This document shows positions 1 to 13,322 of a stretch of DNA of 64,000 bases, piece after piece. Origin of the DNA: the human T2T-CHM13v2.0 reference genome, Homo sapiens; the NCBI RefSeq assembly GCF_009914755.1, contig NC_060931.1. One strand, written 5' to 3'. Position numbers and translations under genes: made by a program. The notes below the pieces were generated by a model. The model did no database searches. It was not told where the DNA came from and saw only the letters and a list, made by a program, of their open reading frames with translations. Every line of letters starts with the position of its first letter. Within the stretch, counting starts at the first letter, position 1.

Positions 1-71
1 TTGGAAGTATAGTGAACTGCAGGAAAAAATTAAAAACAATAGAATATTGATTACATCCTAATATTGGGATC

Positions 72-389
<318 letters not shown>

Positions 390-964
390 TGAACATACAA
401 AAAAGTCTTAATTTGATTGAAAAAGAAAAGTCCTTTCTTTCTTCTGTCACCTCCCGAGTGTCTTAGAAGATCTGTATTTACAATTTCCCTTAAATTGGTA
501 AGACATGCTTTTGCCTTAGGTGTTTTCATTAAAATTCATAAACACCAGACAAACTCATTATTTGGATGCCCAAATTTAATAAAAATATAAATTCTTTTGG
601 TTCCTATTTTCTCCCTACTTTCTTAAGACACAGTAATTAATTTATGCTGAGAACACTCATTTTTGTCTTAGCTGAGTTCCCTAAAACTTTCAGCGCTAAG
701 TTAACAGGTACATGAGCTTTTTTCCTCAGTTAGATGCCACTAGTCCATTCAGTGTTGATAGAAGGCTGGGGTTGGGTCTGGTGCCTTAGCAGGGCCAAGT
801 GTAGACCTTATAGGTTTAGGTCCGTAAACTTCACCTTATATTTTTCCTTCCAGATAATGCTACATAGACATGGATTTCAGTCATAGAAACTCAAATGTGT
901 CACTTAATACAGAATGAGTCTTCATGATGTCACCAATTTGGAGTGGGCATAGCATACTGGGCCA

Positions 965-1125
965 GTAGTCAACTTGCCTGCCAAATCTGATCCATTTGTA
1001 GTGGTTGTTTTTCTGAAATTACAACTAGGCTGACATGAAAGATTGCCAGAATCGATTATTGATATCTACCATGAAGTCGGGAGAGAAGAATGGTAACGGT
1101 AGAGCCATGCATTTGCCGTCTTTAG
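965..1125. mobile_element. Old hAT-Charlie MITE fragment (MER102/MER112-like)
   Basis: tgccaaatctgatccatttgtagtgg...atcgattattgatatctaccatg...ccatgcatttgccgtc resembles the recalled consensus; heavily diverged. Confidence 0.5.
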
Positions 1126-2457
1126 GCATTATTTATGAAGAAAACAAAGAAGGACTCCTTTTCATTTTACTTTGATGCCTCAGTTACAAAACAGAATTCT
1201 ACTTGAAAGATTAATATAACTCATTGCTGCACATCTTGAATAATCCACTTAATTTCAATATTCGTAGGATAGTCAGGTCATATAAAAAATAATAGCATAT
1301 GTAAAAGTCTAGTATTATCAAAAAATTATAAGCTGTGAAGTTTGACTTCTCAAACCCAACCTTCTCATACTATAATGCAGATGTGCTTTGCTTTACTCCT
1401 TGGCATTAGATATTTCAAAGACTGTTGACATTTGAAAACCAGAGTAGCTGAACATGGATTTTCTAAAGAACACACTCTAATTCTAGAAAAAAGGCAGTGT
1501 GATCTTTATTATTTTGTTTGATGTGACAGACTGCAAGGGAGTATACTCTGTGGTCATAGGGATACTCTCATTTCAGAAGCAGCCACTTACTTGAATCCAC
1601 ATTATTACTGTTACGCCCTCCAATGGTAGGTTGTTGGCAAGTATTTATTACCCTTTCTGCAGTGTGTAAGTTAAATTTCTTTTCCAAGGCAATGGGGCCC
1701 TAAGGGAAAATCAAGGAAGGGGGAGAGTGAGAGGAGCCTGGGATGAGACGTCTGGTTCTATAACTTCCTTCCAAGCCATTAGTTGATCTCTTGGATCAGC
1801 TTTTCTCAACCTTTTGTGTGTAACTTTCCTGGCAGAGTTGTTGAATTATGTGCAGCCACTTTCAGCAAGCTGCTTAGGTCAGGGGGCTTTTCTTTGGCAT
1901 TTAGCTCCCACATACTTAAACAAAACCTCAATTTGCTAAGGTTTTTAACACTAGAAGCTTGTTCTCCTTATCTGGTTGTATTATTTCTTCCACACATTGT
2001 TATTCATAACACATCTGGCTGCAGGTTACAGCATTTTGGCTGAGCTTCACCATGCTAACCTTTGTTACCTCTCCTAGGGTTTAGGAAACAAGCCCCTCTG
2101 GATTGAAATATTAATGATCATAAGTACAACAGCAACCCCTCTGCTTTTCAAGTAATGCAATTCTAAGCCGAAGGGCAGCAGCACCAATTATAACTACGGG
2201 AATTCTATATACTCTCCCAGTAGGATAGACAGATGCACATACAGGGACTCAGCTGGGCTCTGATACTTGTAACTCAATGCTTCCTTGTGCTTTGGTGTTT
2301 CGAAGCTCTGAAAGAGAAAAATGATTCTAGCAAGGAGATTTGGTTGGTGAGGGAGAACCACTCACAACTGCTGAGCTAGCTGTATAGCAAATTGCCCTTA
2401 GGTAGGGTCTCCTTACTTCTTGTAACACTCAGTTTTGGAGATGAGGGAAGCCTATGT

Positions 2458-2458
<1 letters not shown>

Positions 2459-2498
<40 letters not shown>

Positions 2499-2545
2499 CT
2501 CTCTCTCTTTTTCTCTTTCTTTTTCCCTCCCTCCTTCCCTCCTCT
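2459..2545 (+). repeat. (AC)19 microsatellite followed by a (CT)n/CT-rich tract
   Basis: Perfect AC run 2459-2496, then ctctctctctcttt...ccctccctccttccctcc. Confidence 0.98.
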
Positions 2546-3017
2546 GGGCTGTTTTCAGTAATTAGAATAGTGTACCAAAGAATGTAGTAGTACATTTTAT
2601 TTTCAACTCAACTGCCACCTGAGAGACGCCCTGAGACATTCAGCCCAAGGGTGAAAACAAATGAGCCAAGATTATAAAATGGGTCGAGTCACATGGTATA
2701 GGGAGCCTGTTGGCAGAAACAGATTCACAGACTGAATCTTTTGAGGCTGACTTTTCTGCTAGACTAGTCCCTAACTCCAGGCTGACAGTCAAAAGCCTTA
2801 GATGATTAGAGGGCATAATGAGGTTTTGTAAAGGTCCATGAGTTCTCAACAGGAAGAAAAGAGAAAAAAAGTGTAGAGCACCAGGCAGGGAAAAATTTAG
2901 GTATTTACATAAAAAGAGAGTGGTGCCAAAAGAATAAAACTGCAGAAAGTCGGCAAACAATGGGGAAAATGTTGCTGAGAAACAAAAGAACAAAGCAGTA
3001 TGTGATTTTTTAAAAAA

Positions 3018-3102
3018 AGTATTGTATATATTTAACAACATGATGTTTCGATATACATATACATAGTGAAACGGTTACTACGGTCAAACAATATTAAGCA
3101 TC
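3018..3102 (-). mobile_element. L1MA/L1MB 3'-terminal fragment
   Basis: attgtatatattt..aacatgatgtttcgatatacatatacatagtgaaacggttactacggtcaa matches the antisense 3' end of old L1M elements. Confidence 0.7.
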
Positions 3103-3124
3103 CAAATGAGAGTTACAGATAATG

Positions 3125-3325
3125 GCACTCATCATTTATTGAATATCTATACTGTTCCAGGCACCATTTTAAGTGCTTGGCATGCTATTGACTTATGATC
3201 CTTGTAATGACCCTGTGAGGAAGGGAATATTTTATTACCATTTTACAGATAGGAAACTGGAGGCACAAAAACCTTAAATTTTAATTTGCTCAAGATCAAC
3301 CTTACATTTTTAACCATTATACGTC
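3125..3325 (-). mobile_element. MIR SINE
   Basis: catttattgaata...ccaggcacc...ccctgtgagg...ccattttacagataggaaactggaggcac (MIR core). Confidence 0.85.
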
Positions 3326-3772
3326 AGCTTCCTCCCAAGAGATTGAAGAGGCTTTTTAAGAAGAGGTTGGAACAGTTGGAAAGGCCAGATGGAAAATATT
3401 GATCCTCAAAAAATCTGTAGGATTGAGCTAGGCAGGGGAGCTGATGTCTATTCCAGGCAGATGAATAATATTAACAAAAGTACTTCAGCAAAAGAGATAC
3501 CTTACAAAAGAGAGCTTTGTAAATGCATGATTTTTAATGGTTGATTCATTTCCTTGAAGCAACTGATTAACTTACTTTCCTTTTCCTCTATAACTCTGAA
3601 TTCAGCCCTGGTGATAATGAAATGAGTTTTTTTTTTTTGTTCTTTTCTTTTCTTTAAACCGTAACTTTCTTAAATGTGATTTTTACAGATATTCTTTAAT
3701 GACTAACACATTCCTGTGCTTGAGTGATGTTAAATGGAAACTTTAAAATAAATCTAAAAATAAATACAGTTG

Positions 3773-3842
3773 ATGGATATCCTAATAGATAATATCCTAA
3801 TGGATATTGTCTTAACATATCCTAATGGATAATGTTTAATAT
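3773..3842 (+). repeat. Short imperfect tandem repeat of atatcctaatggat
   Basis: Three copies of atatcctaat(a/g)gat within 70 bp. Confidence 0.8.
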
Positions 3843-3849
3843 AAATGGG

Positions 3850-4070
3850 AATGCTCATGGTATAAAAAATATGTCTGGTATAAGCTAGTGTTGTTTAAAA
3901 ATGTGTATTGGTATGTGCATATATTTCAAAAAGATTGAAAAAACATATCTCTAGTTATCTCTGAGTGGTGAGAATATCAATGACATATACTTTTTCTGAA
4001 TTTCCTAATTTAAAAAATGACATGTATTATCTCTATAAGCAGAAAAGATGCCATCAAAAGTAAAAATAAA
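3850..4070 (+). mobile_element. L1ME-type 3' UTR fragment
   Basis: gttatctctgagtggtgagaat...catgtattat..tataagcagaaaa, typical of the L1ME4 3' end. Confidence 0.5.
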
Positions 4071-6564
4071 TATGGCTCTAACATCATGTTTTAGAAATGG
4101 CTCCAGTAGATAATTAAGTTATGAATTCTAACCTATAAGCATATACATACTTAGTTCTACTTTTTATTTGAATTAAATCTTTTGACTTTATATGCAAGAT
4201 AGAACATTGACTTCCAAATCTGTAACAGAATTAGTCAAACCTCAGGAGGTCAAAATGAAACCAATTCTCTATCACACATTGCAAAGAAAACTGCCAGTTC
4301 CTGTTCTAAACTTTGGGTCCTTGAATTCTTTATCTGATTTCTAGTGTACAGCACTACTTAATTAGGAGAAGAAAAACATTGTTGTGTATTTTAAAAAAGA
4401 AGAAACTGTGTCTTAAGGCAAAAATCAGCCTAATTTTCTGTAGGTTATATTCAGTCATTGTGTCTGAATTCTTAGAGCTCTTTGAGAATGCCCACTAACT
4501 AAGAATTTGGATATATGTGCTCCTAGTTAGAGCCTAGAATGAGCAACAAAATTGGTGTATTCCATTACAGAAATATAAACTTATGAAAGCATAATATGTT
4601 GATGTTACCATTTTTATTGATGACATAGGAAAGGAGGATGCAGAAGGGATTGAAACAAGACTCGGAAGCACTTTCTGACTATGAGCAATAAGGTGTGAAA
4701 AAATGTGGAGAGCTAGTATGAGAGCTGGTAAAGGGAAAGGATTTTAGGAGAAGTCAAATTTCCTTGGGGTGATTCTGGTTGGGGGAAAAGGTTACCCATT
4801 TGGAAATTCCTCCTTCTCTATAGATTGAGACAAATATCCCCAGCAAATGCTTTATCTTTTTACCTGGAGTCCAAGGCAGCCACTGTGCTCTGCTAATAAT
4901 GCACGCAGAAATTCTTTGGGAATGCCACTTATTGTGGTTAACTGGCTTGCCCAAACCATAAACCCTGGAGGGAGCTTAGTTAAAAATTGATGGGCCATTG
5001 AGATTAAAAGAGCAAAACAAACAGCCACAAAACAAATAAATAAGTGATGCTTCTTCAGTTAGCCAATGCCAGAACTCTTCACTGCCAGTTGGAATTTGAA
5101 TAGGGTAGAATATATGCAAAGAACAGGCAAAATGCCTCTCTCAGTTCCATTGCATAAAACTAAGAAACTTCCCACCTCCAATCCTTCCTCTTGTCCCCAG
5201 AGCACAAAAATTATAGATTTAGCCCATGCTTTTTGACTATCTGCTCACTCCTTGGGCAGAAACATCAATCACCTTGCCATCCGCTTACTCTGATGGGGCT
5301 GCATAGTTTTTCTTTTTCATTGTCTGTTTGCCATCCTAGCCTCCTATAGCAAAACAGATTCAAGCCAATTGCAAAATTAATTTTAAAAATAAATGTCTTA
5401 AACCAGCGTAGCAGTAAATTAATTTCATGCCTAATCTAAATAGTTCTGTTAATAAAAGTAGAATGCGTATGGTACTTGAGAATGACTGTACAGGGGATGA
5501 TTTTGCTGGCTTTCTCCTCGGGATGTGACATTGCTCATGGCTCTTCCCAACTGCTGCCAGAAGCTGTGTTGATTGTAGGTTGTGGGTGCTTAACAGCCAT
5601 CTGGAAGGAAAGTTGGCAACACCTAGTTGAAAGCATATCTCAAACTGAGGGATCCTGGCTGCCATCTCGGTTAGTAAACACTGTAGCTTCCCCACTGGAT
5701 TGAACACTTACTCCAAATTCCTAATGGGAAGAGAAAATCAAGAAGGAGGGAAAAGAATAAGCATCACTTGAATGCTTTACAAACTGGCCATTCATTAAGG
5801 CAGGATGCTTTTCTTTTATTCCAGAACTCAATCCAGGTGAAGTGTGGTCCATTTCTTTCTTAATCTCATTAGATAGAGCTAGTCAATTACTGCTCAAGTT
5901 TAAAAAGAATATGCACTCTGTGCTTTTTAGAAACCAGAGTTTGTAACAGTCTTTGCTGGAAATAAGCAAAGAAGCAGGAGACATAGGATGATTTTGCTGT
6001 ATGTTTATTCAACACTACAATGCCAGTTCTGGAATTATTCTATTGAATCTTTTTCTCTTATTTGCTGGACTGTGTCCTCTCAGGAAGTAAACAAGTAGAC
6101 TTCAAGAGTCCCTTAAATTTTGGATTAGAGGTAGCAGTAGTAATAAAATAGGGAGCTTTTGTTGAGAACTCTTTCCTGCCCAATCACCTGTGGCATATAA
6201 GACGGCACCACAAATCAGATGTGGCCCTGTGTATTCTTTCTCATATTTTCTTTCTCGTAGTTTTCAGGGTCATTCTCAGAAACCTGGAGAGTGATGATGG
6301 ATAGATTCCAGCCCACTGTCACTCTGGGTGGGTCCTTTCAAAACATCAAAATGTGATTTTGCTGTCATTTGAGTGTCAATTTCTTTTCTCTCAAGAGTAT
6401 TTACCAAGAACATCACTGGAAAGAGTTTGTCTTATACCCATATTTTAAGCACGCAATGCAGGATCTTAGTATTTTTAAAGCCAAATAAAGCAAGGAAGAC
6501 ATAAGTCAATAGAGAAATTGAAACATAGAATCTAGATTTGTTGCTTAAATCTGATTCAAGAGCT

Positions 6565-6819
6565 TATGCAATCCTTAGAATGGGACTATTTCTATAGAAT
6601 CACAGTGAGTTTGACATACATTCAAATATAAAGGAGAGAGGGTTTAGGTATAACAAACCTTGTTGTGTTCTAAACTAGAACATTTTTATCCAAACTAGAT
6701 GTTAGTTTACTTTTATACTAGAGAAAAAACATGAAACTATGTAGCAACAAAATATTGAAATATTTTGACTTACGCCACATCTTTTTAAACTTTATAATTT
6801 TATTTTTTTGGGTGTTTCA
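6565..6819 (+). repeat. Local duplication, copy A (paralogue of 8571-8794)
   Basis: Hand alignment to 8571-8794 gives about 90% identity with two indels. Confidence 0.97.
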
Positions 6820-7458
6820 CTGGTGTGTTTAGGTGCCCTCACAACATATTTTGTGGAATAAACTTATACTACCTCTTGGCCCATCGTTACTTTTAATGAG
6901 AGTTTTGTGAAGCACAACTTTACAGTGGGTTTGGCTTTCTATTTCTATGATTCCTGGTGAATTTTAGGGCCACAAATTCAATAACAAAGTTGTTAAAGTA
7001 TTCATTTAGTTTAGTATTCTCCCACAAACCTCACTGTAGCCTAACTCTCTTCCTTGAGTTAAGAATGGAGGATCCTTTGTGTGTCTTAAAGTGCTGACAG
7101 TTTCCCTTGGAAATTCTGTTGGTTTGGGGCACCCTGGTTACTCCAAAGTAGGTGGGATGATGCCAGATGAGGACTTTACTGTCAAGAGAATCCAGTTGTT
7201 ATTGCTTCCTTCTTATCCACTTTGCTTACCAAGTAAGCACAGCATTGTGTTTTCTGAGTCTCTCACAGAGGCTCGAGCAAAGGAGCTTCAGTCTCTCTAG
7301 TTCTTTGGCACCATCGATTCTGATGACTCAGATACTTGTCCAGATGGAATCATTGGAATCTTCTCTACATAATGACACTGTGGTGCTCTCTTTTGGAGGA
7401 CCATGAAATTGTTCCAAAATTAAACCTGTTGTTTAGCTTTGGTTGCATGGACAGAGAC

Positions 7459-8037
7459 TATGATGATTAATTTTAAATGTCCACTTGACTGAATTAATGA
7501 ATACCTAGGAAAGTGGTAAAGCATTATTTTGGGGCTTTCCTATGAGGATGTTTCCAGAGGAGATTGGCATGTGAGTTTGAGTGGACTAAGTAGTGAGGAT
7601 CTACCTTAAAGGTGGGTAGGTAGCATCTAATGTGTTGGAGCCTTGGATGAATAAAAACAGAAGAAAGGCAAATTGGTCTCTGTCTCTCCTGGAGCTGGGA
7701 CACTCTTCTCCTGCCCTCAGACACTAGGACCCCAGGTCCTCCATCCTTGCAATTCTTGGACTTACACCAGTGGCCCTCATGAGTTCGAAGGCCTTTGGCT
7801 TTGAATTAAGAATTATACTATTGGCTCCTCTGATTTAGAGGTGTTTGGACTTGGACTGAGCCATGCTACCAGTATCACAGAGTCTCCAGCTTACAGGTGG
7901 CCTGGGTCTTGGGACTTAGCCTCCCTCATCATCTGAGCCAATTCCCCTAATAACCTCATATTCATTCATATTTTTTTTCTCTCTCTCTCATCTATCTATC
8001 TACTGTTAGTTCTGTCCCTCTGGAGAACACTAATACA
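7459..8037 (+). mobile_element. MLT2 solo LTR (ERVL)
   Basis: Begins tatgatgattaattttaaatgtccacttgact, internal ggatgtttccagaggagattggcat, ends gttctgtccctctggagaacactaataca. Confidence 0.9.
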
Positions 8038-8570
8038 GAAATCATCATTTACTCAAATTGTTTCAAGAACAAGAAGAAAAAAAGAATACTTAAAGATTCA
8101 TGTGGCCTAAAATTTTAGTGAAACATTCAGGCTTCTCTCTTGACCGTCTGCTTTATCTCTCACACATACACATCTGTGATGGAAGCTTTGCTTTTCTACG
8201 AATCTTCATTATACACTTCCTACTAACTGGTTTGGCTCTGGTCCCTTATACTGTTAGTTTGCTTCAAATCTTATGTTTCCAACTCTAAATATGATTTTAT
8301 CTCCCCCAAATAACAGTTTAAGTTCTTTTGGGTTTTCTAGAAACCATTTCTTGAGAAGCCCTGTTTCATTTTATTTTAAATAACAGGTCCTTTCAAAGAT
8401 CACTTGCTAAGTATGAATTATTTGCCTTTGGTTCATGTTTGCGCCTCTGGTCAAATCATTTCTGCAGGGGTCTTATAGTAAATACTGCACCTAAGAACTA
8501 TGAGCATTACATTTCTTTGTGGAAAAGGCTGTGGGCAGGGCCCACAATGACTAACCACCTGTGTATCTGA

Positions 8571-8794
8571 TATGCAATCCTTAGAATGGGACAATTTCTA
8601 TAGAATCACAATGAGTCAGACATACACCTTGTTTCATTCTAAACTAGAACATTTTTATCCAGTAACTAAAGTAGATGTTAGTTTGCTTTTAAACTAAAGA
8701 AAAAACATGAAACTATAAAGCAACAAAATATTGAAATATTTAGACTTATGCCACATCTTTTCAAACTTTATAATTTTATCTTTTTGAGTATTCA
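8571..8794 (+). repeat. Local duplication, copy B (paralogue of 6565-6819)
   Basis: tatgcaatccttagaatggga...aaactttataattttat shared with copy A. Confidence 0.97.
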
Positions 8795-10219
8795 ATGCCA
8801 CCAGACTGAAGCCTGCATATTTCTCTGAGGTGCTCTCTGAGGTTAGTTTCCTGCTAGTGTGGCTATGTGGAGTGTGATGTTCTTATAATCGACCTAAATA
8901 TAGTTTAGTTAAAGGAGAACATATGGTCTTTCAGTGTTGCTCAAGGCATGATTTCACTGGACTAATTTCAATCAGGTACTTTGTTTTCAGTGCGGCACTT
9001 AACAGAATCATAGGCAGTCTGAGCTAGGAGTGGCCTTACATCGTCTACTCCAAATCAAGTCCAACCCCTTTATATTTATAGAAAATAATTTGGCCGAATA
9101 CAGGTAATCTGTGTGGGTGAAAATAAGCTTGCTGAATTGCAGGGCGAGTCTTTTTTCAACGTCCCATGCTATTTTCGGGATAGATATAACATATAGCTTT
9201 AAAATTGATATTCATCCTAAGTCCTTCAAATACAGGTAAATAAAATAGAGCAGATTATGTGACACTAACTGTAAATGTCCTGAGAATGGTAGAAACCTCT
9301 GTTGACTATAACTGGTTCTAAACCAAGATGGTGGAATTTTATTTTCTCAAATGTTTTCAGCATTTAAAATTTCCCTTGTATGTCTCTCTTAAGGTCCCAA
9401 TTTCCTCGAATAAATAGGCAAACAAGAACTAATAATGTATTTTCTTTAGCTACATTCTCCCTCCTGATGCTATGATTTTTAAAAATCTCATGCTTTCTGC
9501 AAATATTTTAAATGATAAATTTTTACACAAGGCCCCAAAATAGCAGCTTATGTGCAGATGCATAAAGAGAAGGCTGTATTTTGTATGTAAACTATGTTAA
9601 TGCAATGAGGAGACCATTTTTTGTTTCTTTTCACAGCATTATGACCTCCTAACTGTGGTTCTGTTATTTTGTATGTGTGCAAATCTCCAAACTTGATGCT
9701 TTGATCAAGCAATATGTCATCAAATATCCCTTACATAATGCATAAAAGAAAGTTTTCATTCTTAGCAAAAAAAAAAAAAAAATTCTCATTTCAACAGAAT
9801 AAATATTTATTGAATCAGTGCCAAAATGTTCAGTGAAGAACTGAGTACCCTGCTGGTACTTGAGGTCTATGTCAACTACAGTTTGATGGAGGGCTTTTTC
9901 TTTGGTCCTTAAATGGGTAGTATTTTCTAAAGCTAGAGACTTTTATCTGCCTCCAAGTCAGTACTGAGTGCAGTGTTTGATATCTTTGCATTTGTAACCT
10001 GACCCATTTACTGAGCAATGCAACAGGGATTTGATCATGGATAAGAATTCCAAGTTAACAAATGCAAGGGGATTATGGAATTAGAAAAAAATTATAATTT
10101 TAAAAGCCTTTAAAATATTGACCCTTGACAATATAAGTCTATGAATTTAAAACTGTTTTGATGAAATTCGAACACAGAGTAATTAATGCATCAGGTTGCC
10201 AATTCTGATGCATCACATC

Positions 10220-10806
10220 AATCTACTAATTTGGGATTACCAGACATTATGTGCATTCTAATCAATAACTCTGGACATGGAGAGCATCACCTATGAAAGT
10301 TTTGCAAAAATAATTGAACCTAAATCTAATTAAGCTTCTACACCTAGCTACCAGTTCTACATAAATGTCATGAGAAAATTAGAAAAGGGGGAGGAGCCAT
10401 TGTACTTTAAAAGAAACAATATACATAACAACCCATTGAAAGGGATATACGTTGTTAGGATTTAAATTCAAATATGACTATAAAAGAATATTTTTGAGAT
10501 AATCAAGGAAAAATAGACAAGTATTAGATTTCATTTAGAGGTATTAATTTTGTTAAGTGTGATAATCTTATAACTATTTTAAGATATCTGTTAGCAATAC
10601 ATACTGATAAACTTATGAGTAAAATGATATAATATTTGGGACTTACTTTAAAGCTGTTCAGTAATAAAAGAAAATGTGGGAGGGCAGGAGCAGTCATGAA
10701 TGGCAAGTTGTAATTAATTTTTGAAGCTGGATGATGGGTCTATGGGAGATTATTACACTCATCTCTATTTTTGTGTGTGTTTCAGAGTTTTCAAAGTAAG
10801 AAAATT
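10220..10806 (+). mobile_element. L1ME/L1MC 3' end
   Basis: ttgaagctggatgatgggtctatgggagattattacactc..ctctatttttgtg...aaagtaagaaaatt terminus. Confidence 0.7.
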
Positions 10807-10999
10807 ACAAAACAAGCTAACAGAGGTTTGTCTTCTTCCTAGAGTGGGCAAGATCTTTAGAACCACAACTCAGGTTTGACTTGGTAAGAAAAAATGATAT
10901 TCTGTAGGTTCCCACACTACTCAACACTGAAGGCTGACAACTTATTTATTAGGAGAGGGATACCTACGGTATTACTTTGGTCTATTACTGGTTGTGTGT

Positions 11000-11168
11000 C
11001 TATGGGCATTCACCTCTGTCAGCCATTAGAGTTATCATTTGTGATGTGAAAATAATAGTACCCATAGTATATGATTGTAATGAGGTTTAAATATGACAAT
11101 GTATGTAAAATAGTTGGTACAATGCCCAGCATTCATTCACTCCTCAATAAAGTGGAGCTGTTACTGTC
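11000..11168 (+). mobile_element. MIR SINE
   Basis: catttgtgatgtgaaaataatagtaccc...gattgtaatgaggtttaaatatgacaatgtatgtaaaa...ctcaataaa. Confidence 0.75.
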
Positions 11169-11392
11169 TTTACCTCACTTAACAAAGATCAATTGAGTGC
11201 CAGTTATGTGCCAGAACCTGTGCAATATCCACAGGATTTTATGACAAAAAAGATACACTTCTCCCCATGAATGGTTCTTAATTTATTTAAAAAATTGACT
11301 CAGAAGAGATTGATGTTTTGTTGATATAAAACTGTTAAATATCAGCAGTTTCATGCAGTTCAACTTGGTAACTAAAGTGAGATATGATAATG

Positions 11393-11600
11393 GAGGCAGC
11401 ATAGTTAAGATGATAGATTCTAGCACTAGACCTTTTGGACTTGAAACCTGGCTCTGGCATGAATAAGCTGCGTGATCCTGGGCAAAGTCATCTTTTTGTG
11501 CGTTAGTGTCATTGTGAAGTGAGGGATAGAATAGTACTTACCTTATAGGATTGTTATGAAGACGGCACATAACATACACAGCACAGTAATTAGTAAATAA
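11393..11600 (+). mobile_element. MIR SINE
   Basis: gaggcagcatagt...ttgaaacctggctctg...gctgcgtgatcctgggcaa...atagtacttaccttataggattgttatga. Confidence 0.75.
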
Positions 11601-12074
11601 TGAGCCTTGTATACTATAGTAATCAGCATATGTAGAAAGTGATGTGCGAAGGCACCCAATTGTGGGAAGTGCAGATAATCATATTGGGTGTTGGGGGTTT
11701 TTACTGAGGGGATCATAGAAGTTTTCACAGAGAAAGTATGACATTTGAGATTCAACAGGAAGAAGGAGTTATGCAGGCAAAGATTACTCTAAGTACAACT
11801 TAGACAAAGGACCTGGAATGTACAAAGGTCTGGAAGTGGGAGGGAAGAGTTTCAGGAGCAGAGAGAAGTGGAGTAGGGTTAGAGTTTAAAATGTGGGTCT
11901 TTGGAATGGAAAGGAACAGGGCATGATACAGTCATGGTAGATTGGGTGGTTTATATTTTGATAATTTGGTAGGCAAAAGAGTCATAAGGAGATCTTAACC
12001 AAGAGAACAATAGCAGTATTGTGATGAATTGCAATTGAGGGAAGACTTCTTGGGAGTTTATAAAAATAACCTAC

Positions 12075-12305
12075 TCAGAAGGTGGTTTCTGTTATCAACA
12101 GAATCAGTATATATATGTCTGTCTATCTGTCTGTCTATCTAATCTAATCTAATCTAATCTAATCTAATCTAATCTAATCTAATCTAACTCTGGTTAGAAA
12201 TGGGAATTCCTGGTCCCACTTAGAATTATGTGGTCCCACCTCACCCAGAATCTTTAACAAGATCTCCAGGTGAGCTATAGCATGTTGAAATTTGAAAAAC
12301 ACTGG
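12075..12305. mobile_element. MER5-like hAT MITE, degenerate, containing a microsatellite
   Basis: tttaacaagatctccaggtga...gaaatttgaaaaacactgg MER5 terminus. Confidence 0.65.
12107..12187 (+). repeat. Compound STR: (TA)n-(TCTR)n-(AATCT)9
   Basis: Nine perfect AATCT units at 12141-12185. Confidence 0.97.
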
Positions 12306-13146
12306 CTTGACAATGTCATAGGAGAGTCTGGGCTAAGACAGGAATAGTGGGATGTAAAGGAGGGTGTGAGGACCACTCCCAGATATATTTAAGAAGTGGA
12401 ACTGAAAAGATTTGACTGATATGGTATGGGGATAGTGGGTAGTAAAGAGGATGCCCATCGAGAATATGTCTGTGATTACTTATTAGGGTTTCTTTGTGGA
12501 TGGCAATGGGAAACACAGGAAAAGGGGAAATTTGGGGGGAACAGAGGTGGGAAAAAGAACTCATTTTATTGCATATTAAGCAGCCTGTAGGACATGGAAG
12601 ATCCATAAGAAATGGATTGAGGAAAAAGGAGTCACTTTATAATGAGGAAAATCTTAAGAAAGCGGTTATCTTAATGTCAAGGAAGAGTCCCAAAAGGACA
12701 AATGCTAGACATATCCCTCTCTACTGTTCTTCTACAACAGAACAAGGACAAATTAGAATTGGTTCTCTAGTAAGCATTAACTACTCTGAAAAATTTTGAG
12801 CTTGTAAAGTCAAAGATCTCTGGTTCCTCTGTCAAGTATAAATGCATAAAAATAAAACCGTAAGACACAACAAAGCTTGGTAATTTGTACGTAATTCTCC
12901 TCCATAGACTTGGCAGGAATTCAAGCTCTGGAATTGGAGAGGTTAAGGAGTCCTAGTGATTCCTTGGCATCATTGTTGGTGGACTTGTTAAAAAAAAAAA
13001 AAAACACTTGGTTTGGAAGGATGTGAATAATTTAGATATCTGAATTCACTATCTGCTGAGTTGAAATGAAATGCTACCAAGGGGTAGGCTTGAAAGGTTA
13101 TTTAGCCAGATTGTGGAATCTCTAAATATGCAATCACTCCCCAACT

Positions 13147-13322
13147 CAGAGTTGCCACATTTAGCAAAAAACAGGACACCCAGTTAAATCTGAATCTTAG
13201 ATGAACACAAATAATTTTTTAGTATGTCTTAAATAATGCATGGAATATACATATATTTTAAAAAGAATCATTATCTGAAATTCAAAATTAAGTAGATGTC
13301 ATATATTTTATCTGGATACTTC
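13147..13322. mobile_element. MER53 palindromic hAT MITE
   Basis: cagagttgccacatttagcaaaaaacaggacacccagttaaatctgaat...atctgaaattcaaaattaagtagatgtcatatattttatctgg. Confidence 0.88.

Larger units (their letters stand above)
11640..12700 (-). mobile_element. Fragmented L2 LINE, interrupted by a MER5-like element
   Basis: Purine-rich antisense L2 motifs: acatttgagattc..gaaggagtt..caggcaaag; agatatatttaagaagtggaact..gatttgactgat; gaaaatcttaagaaagcgg. Confidence 0.6.

Noticed and set aside
2640-3041. 133-aa minus-strand ORF
   Set aside because: F/L-rich because of an A-rich plus strand; no domain or exon structure recognised
6261-6327. Possible + strand exon (tttctcgtag|...ctgg|gtgggt)
   Set aside because: Competing AG 7 nt downstream, modest donor, unrecognised peptide; too weak without RNA data
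7060-7410. Mixed-composition stretch resembling a processed pseudogene fragment
   Set aside because: The frames I translated gave no recognisable protein, and there is no poly(A) or TSD; a BLASTX search would settle it
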